Positions 61,980-64,000 of a DNA stretch of 64,000 nucleotides are shown here, in pieces; the stretch's first letter is position 1; each line of letters begins with the position of its first letter. A program made the position numbers and the translations under genes. The notes under the pieces are model-generated. The model had not been told where the DNA came from and did not search any database. It was given only the letters and a program-made list of their open reading frames with translations. Source of the DNA: Candidatus Latescibacterota bacterium (GTDB taxonomy: Bacteria; Latescibacterota; UBA2968; UBA8231); contig CBDAOB010000005.1 of assembly GCA_965197905.1 (NCBI GenBank), positions 2,016,001-2,080,000 on the forward strand. Reading direction: 5' to 3'.

Positions 61980-64000
61980 ATGGTCCCATTCGAACCCATC
62001 CGCAGGCGTTTGAAGCGCCGGTCCTGGCAACTCGATTTCTGCCTGGCATCCACCGCCATTTGTCTCTGGAATCTGCTCAACGCGCTGGATATTCGGCTCG
62101 GGTTCGGGTTCGACTCGTTGCATTTCGCCCTCGACATTGGCACGCTGAAGAGCACCTGGCCCTGGACACCATGGGTGATGTCGACCCTTGGCTTGATTGG
62201 CGCTTTTCTTCGCGCACGGCGCGATGATCCTGGTCGCGAGTCGATCCAACGCGTCCTGCGGGGCGTGACCAAGCTGTGCACAGCGCTGATCCTCTTGCGC
62301 CTGTTCTCGTTGTGGGAAGTGGCCGGAGATCTGCTCCCATACGCGAGTCTGCTCTGGTCACCGCACGCCAATTGGACCTTGAACACCCTCTTCCTATTAC
62401 CCCTGCTCAATGGTTTTGCTTCGACCTGGGCGCGCTACCTGCGGTGCCTTCCCAACCGCGGTTTGTGCGCGGTCACTTTCCTGGTTAGCGCCGTGCTGTT
62501 CAGCGGCTACACCCTCTACTTCTGCCAGATCACCATGTTGCACGGGGACGAGGGTCAGTACCTGCTGGTGACTCAGAGCCTGATTCGCGACGGTGATATG
62601 GATCTGACCAACAATATCGAACCCGAGAACATCCGGGAGTTTCACGTCATCGATTCGTTTGGCCTCCACAAGGCTCCCGGTGCGCCCGCAGGCAAGATTC
62701 ATTCGGTGCATCCGATCGGATTGTCAATTCTCCTGGTTCCGCCCTATATGGCCGGGCTCGATCTGTGGCAGAACCCACGACTTGCATGCGCTTTGACCAT
62801 GGCACTGATGGCCGCCGGTTGCGTCGCATTGATGCTCGCCTGGTTGCTGCGCCTCCAGATTGCCCCGTGGGCTGCGCTGGCGGCGGCGGCCATAGCCGCG
62901 AGTACCGGACCTCTTTTTCTCTACACCACCCAACTCTTTCCCGACCTACCCGCACTGTTCATCTCACTGATCGCTCTGTGCGCCTTTGCCCACTGGCAAG
63001 TGCCCGGCGGGAGTTACCGATCCTGGGGCCGGCTGGAGCCGATCTGGTTGTCTTCGTTGAGCGCGGCCCTGGCTTTCTTGCCGTTCCTGCACGCCCGCTT
63101 CACCCCCATCGCCCTGCTGGCCGGCGTCGGCATCGTTTTGCAGATCCGGAGCAATCCCAAACCCAAGCTTGCCTTGGCTCCGGTGGTCGCGGTGTTCGTA
63201 GTCGGACTCATATTGTTGCTGCAATTCAACCTCGCCTTCAGCGGCGATTGGTTGGGACCGTTCAAACCGGGCAACGCCTGGGCAGAGGGCGCCCTTGATG
63301 TGGAGACCTGGTGGACCTCCCTGCCCGGGCACTGGCTGCATGGGGGTGTAGGTTTGGTGAACAGTACGCCCATCTATCTGTATTCCCTGTTGGGATTGGC
63401 GCTGCTGGCCAAGAAACGCGACCGGCGGCTTCTAATCGGAGCCGCGGTATACATCGCCACCGCTGTCGTCAACGGCATGCACCCGGACTGGAAATTCGGC
63501 TTCTGTTTGCCGGCGCGATTCCTGGTTACGTCGCTTCCCTGTCTCGTATTGGGTTTCGCGGTAGCGATGAGTCCGATCGTCCGCAATCCCGGCTTGGCTT
63601 TCATCGCGCTCTTCGCGTTTTGCGTAAGCGCTGACAGCATCTGGATGAATCTGGTACTGACCGAAGAATCCTACGTAGGAGACAACCTTTTCGCCCGTTC
63701 CGTCAACCACTATTACCCGTGGCAAGCCCATTTCAACAGCGATGAGACCTTGGGGTTTCTAACCGAATCCTTCTTTGTCATCCTGTTGCTTGCCGGCCTC
63801 TTTGCCCGCCATCTAGTAGCGCGCCTGGGAACGGGCTGGACGGGATGGGCCCTGGTTGGCGCCACCGCCCTGATCCCAACAGTATGGGGTCAGATGGAGA
63901 GCTTGACCTCTCGTCTGAAGACGACGACGTCGCACTTCATGAACCGACTCGATGCCGAGGGCGGCGTCGGCACCCGCAAGATGGTGGGGTACGACCTCAA
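61980..64000 (+). CDS. Multi-pass membrane protein, GT-C (ArnT/PMT-like) glycosyltransferase-like; runs off the window
   Basis: Frame read from ATG 61980 (absent from the ORF track, apparently because no stop falls in the window); GDEGQYL....SL..DGD.DL, S.HP.G, PFLH.RF and PARF, with many TM segments. Confidence 0.65.
   Translation, partial: MVPFEPIRRRLKRRSWQLDFCLASTAICLWNLLNALDIRLGFGFDSLHFALDIGTLKSTWPWTPWVMSTLGLIGAFLRARRDDPGRESIQRVLRGVTKLCTALILLRLFSLWEVAGDLLPYASLLWSPHANWTLNTLFLLPLLNGFASTWARYLRCLPNRGLCAVTFLVSAVLFSGYTLYFCQITMLHGDEGQYLLVTQSLIRDGDMDLTNNIEPENIREFHVIDSFGLHKAPGAPAGKIHSVHPIGLSILLVPPYMAGLDLWQNPRLACALTMALMAAGCVALMLAWLLRLQIAPWAALAAAAIAASTGPLFLYTTQLFPDLPALFISLIALCAFAHWQVPGGSYRSWGRLEPIWLSSLSAALAFLPFLHARFTPIALLAGVGIVLQIRSNPKPKLALAPVVAVFVVGLILLLQFNLAFSGDWLGPFKPGNAWAEGALDVETWWTSLPGHWLHGGVGLVNSTPIYLYSLLGLALLAKKRDRRLLIGAAVYIATAVVNGMHPDWKFGFCLPARFLVTSLPCLVLGFAVAMSPIVRNPGLAFIALFAFCVSADSIWMNLVLTEESYVGDNLFARSVNHYYPWQAHFNSDETLGFLTESFFVILLLAGLFARHLVARLGTGWTGWALVGATALIPTVWGQMESLTSRLKTTTSHFMNRLDAEGGVGTRKMVGYDL

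Overview
A GC-rich (about 60% by eye), densely coding bacterial chromosome segment. It opens with one IS3-family (IS51-group) element and is otherwise mostly core and accessory metabolism. Left part: rpiA plus a TRAP transporter, a divergent methylaspartate ammonia-lyase homolog coupled to a threonine-synthase-family enzyme, a Kef K+ efflux pair, a fatty acyl-CoA reductase-lgt-flavin oxidoreductase run, and an MCE/Mla-type operon containing a putative beta-barrel, followed by folA and aspC. Middle: a PKD/FGE-fold lipoprotein, a YetA/PcRGLX-like lyase, nadC, two zinc-ribbon ABC half-transporters, an amidohydrolase-fold oxygenase/Rieske/flavin-reductase cassette, proS and thrS. Right part: malic enzyme, a ThDP enzyme, alternative glmU with glmS, dCMP deaminase, an HTH-ssb unit, LMF1, a membrane diheme cytochrome, glcDF, pepA and a truncated GT-C-like membrane protein. 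The gene content suggests an FCB-superphylum (possibly Latescibacterota-like) organism, which is inference only. I saw no rRNA, tRNA, CRISPR array, prophage or reverse transcriptase. Most notable: a MAL homolog with a remodelled substrate pocket, a candidate dimetal oxygenase cassette, a Thr leader-peptide attenuator before thrS, a palindromic MITE-like element whose end supplies the glmS ribosome-binding site, and an SOS-box-like operator over the HTH-ssb promoter. Four single-base frameshifts may be assembly errors. All family calls come from motif recognition by eye; no searches were run.
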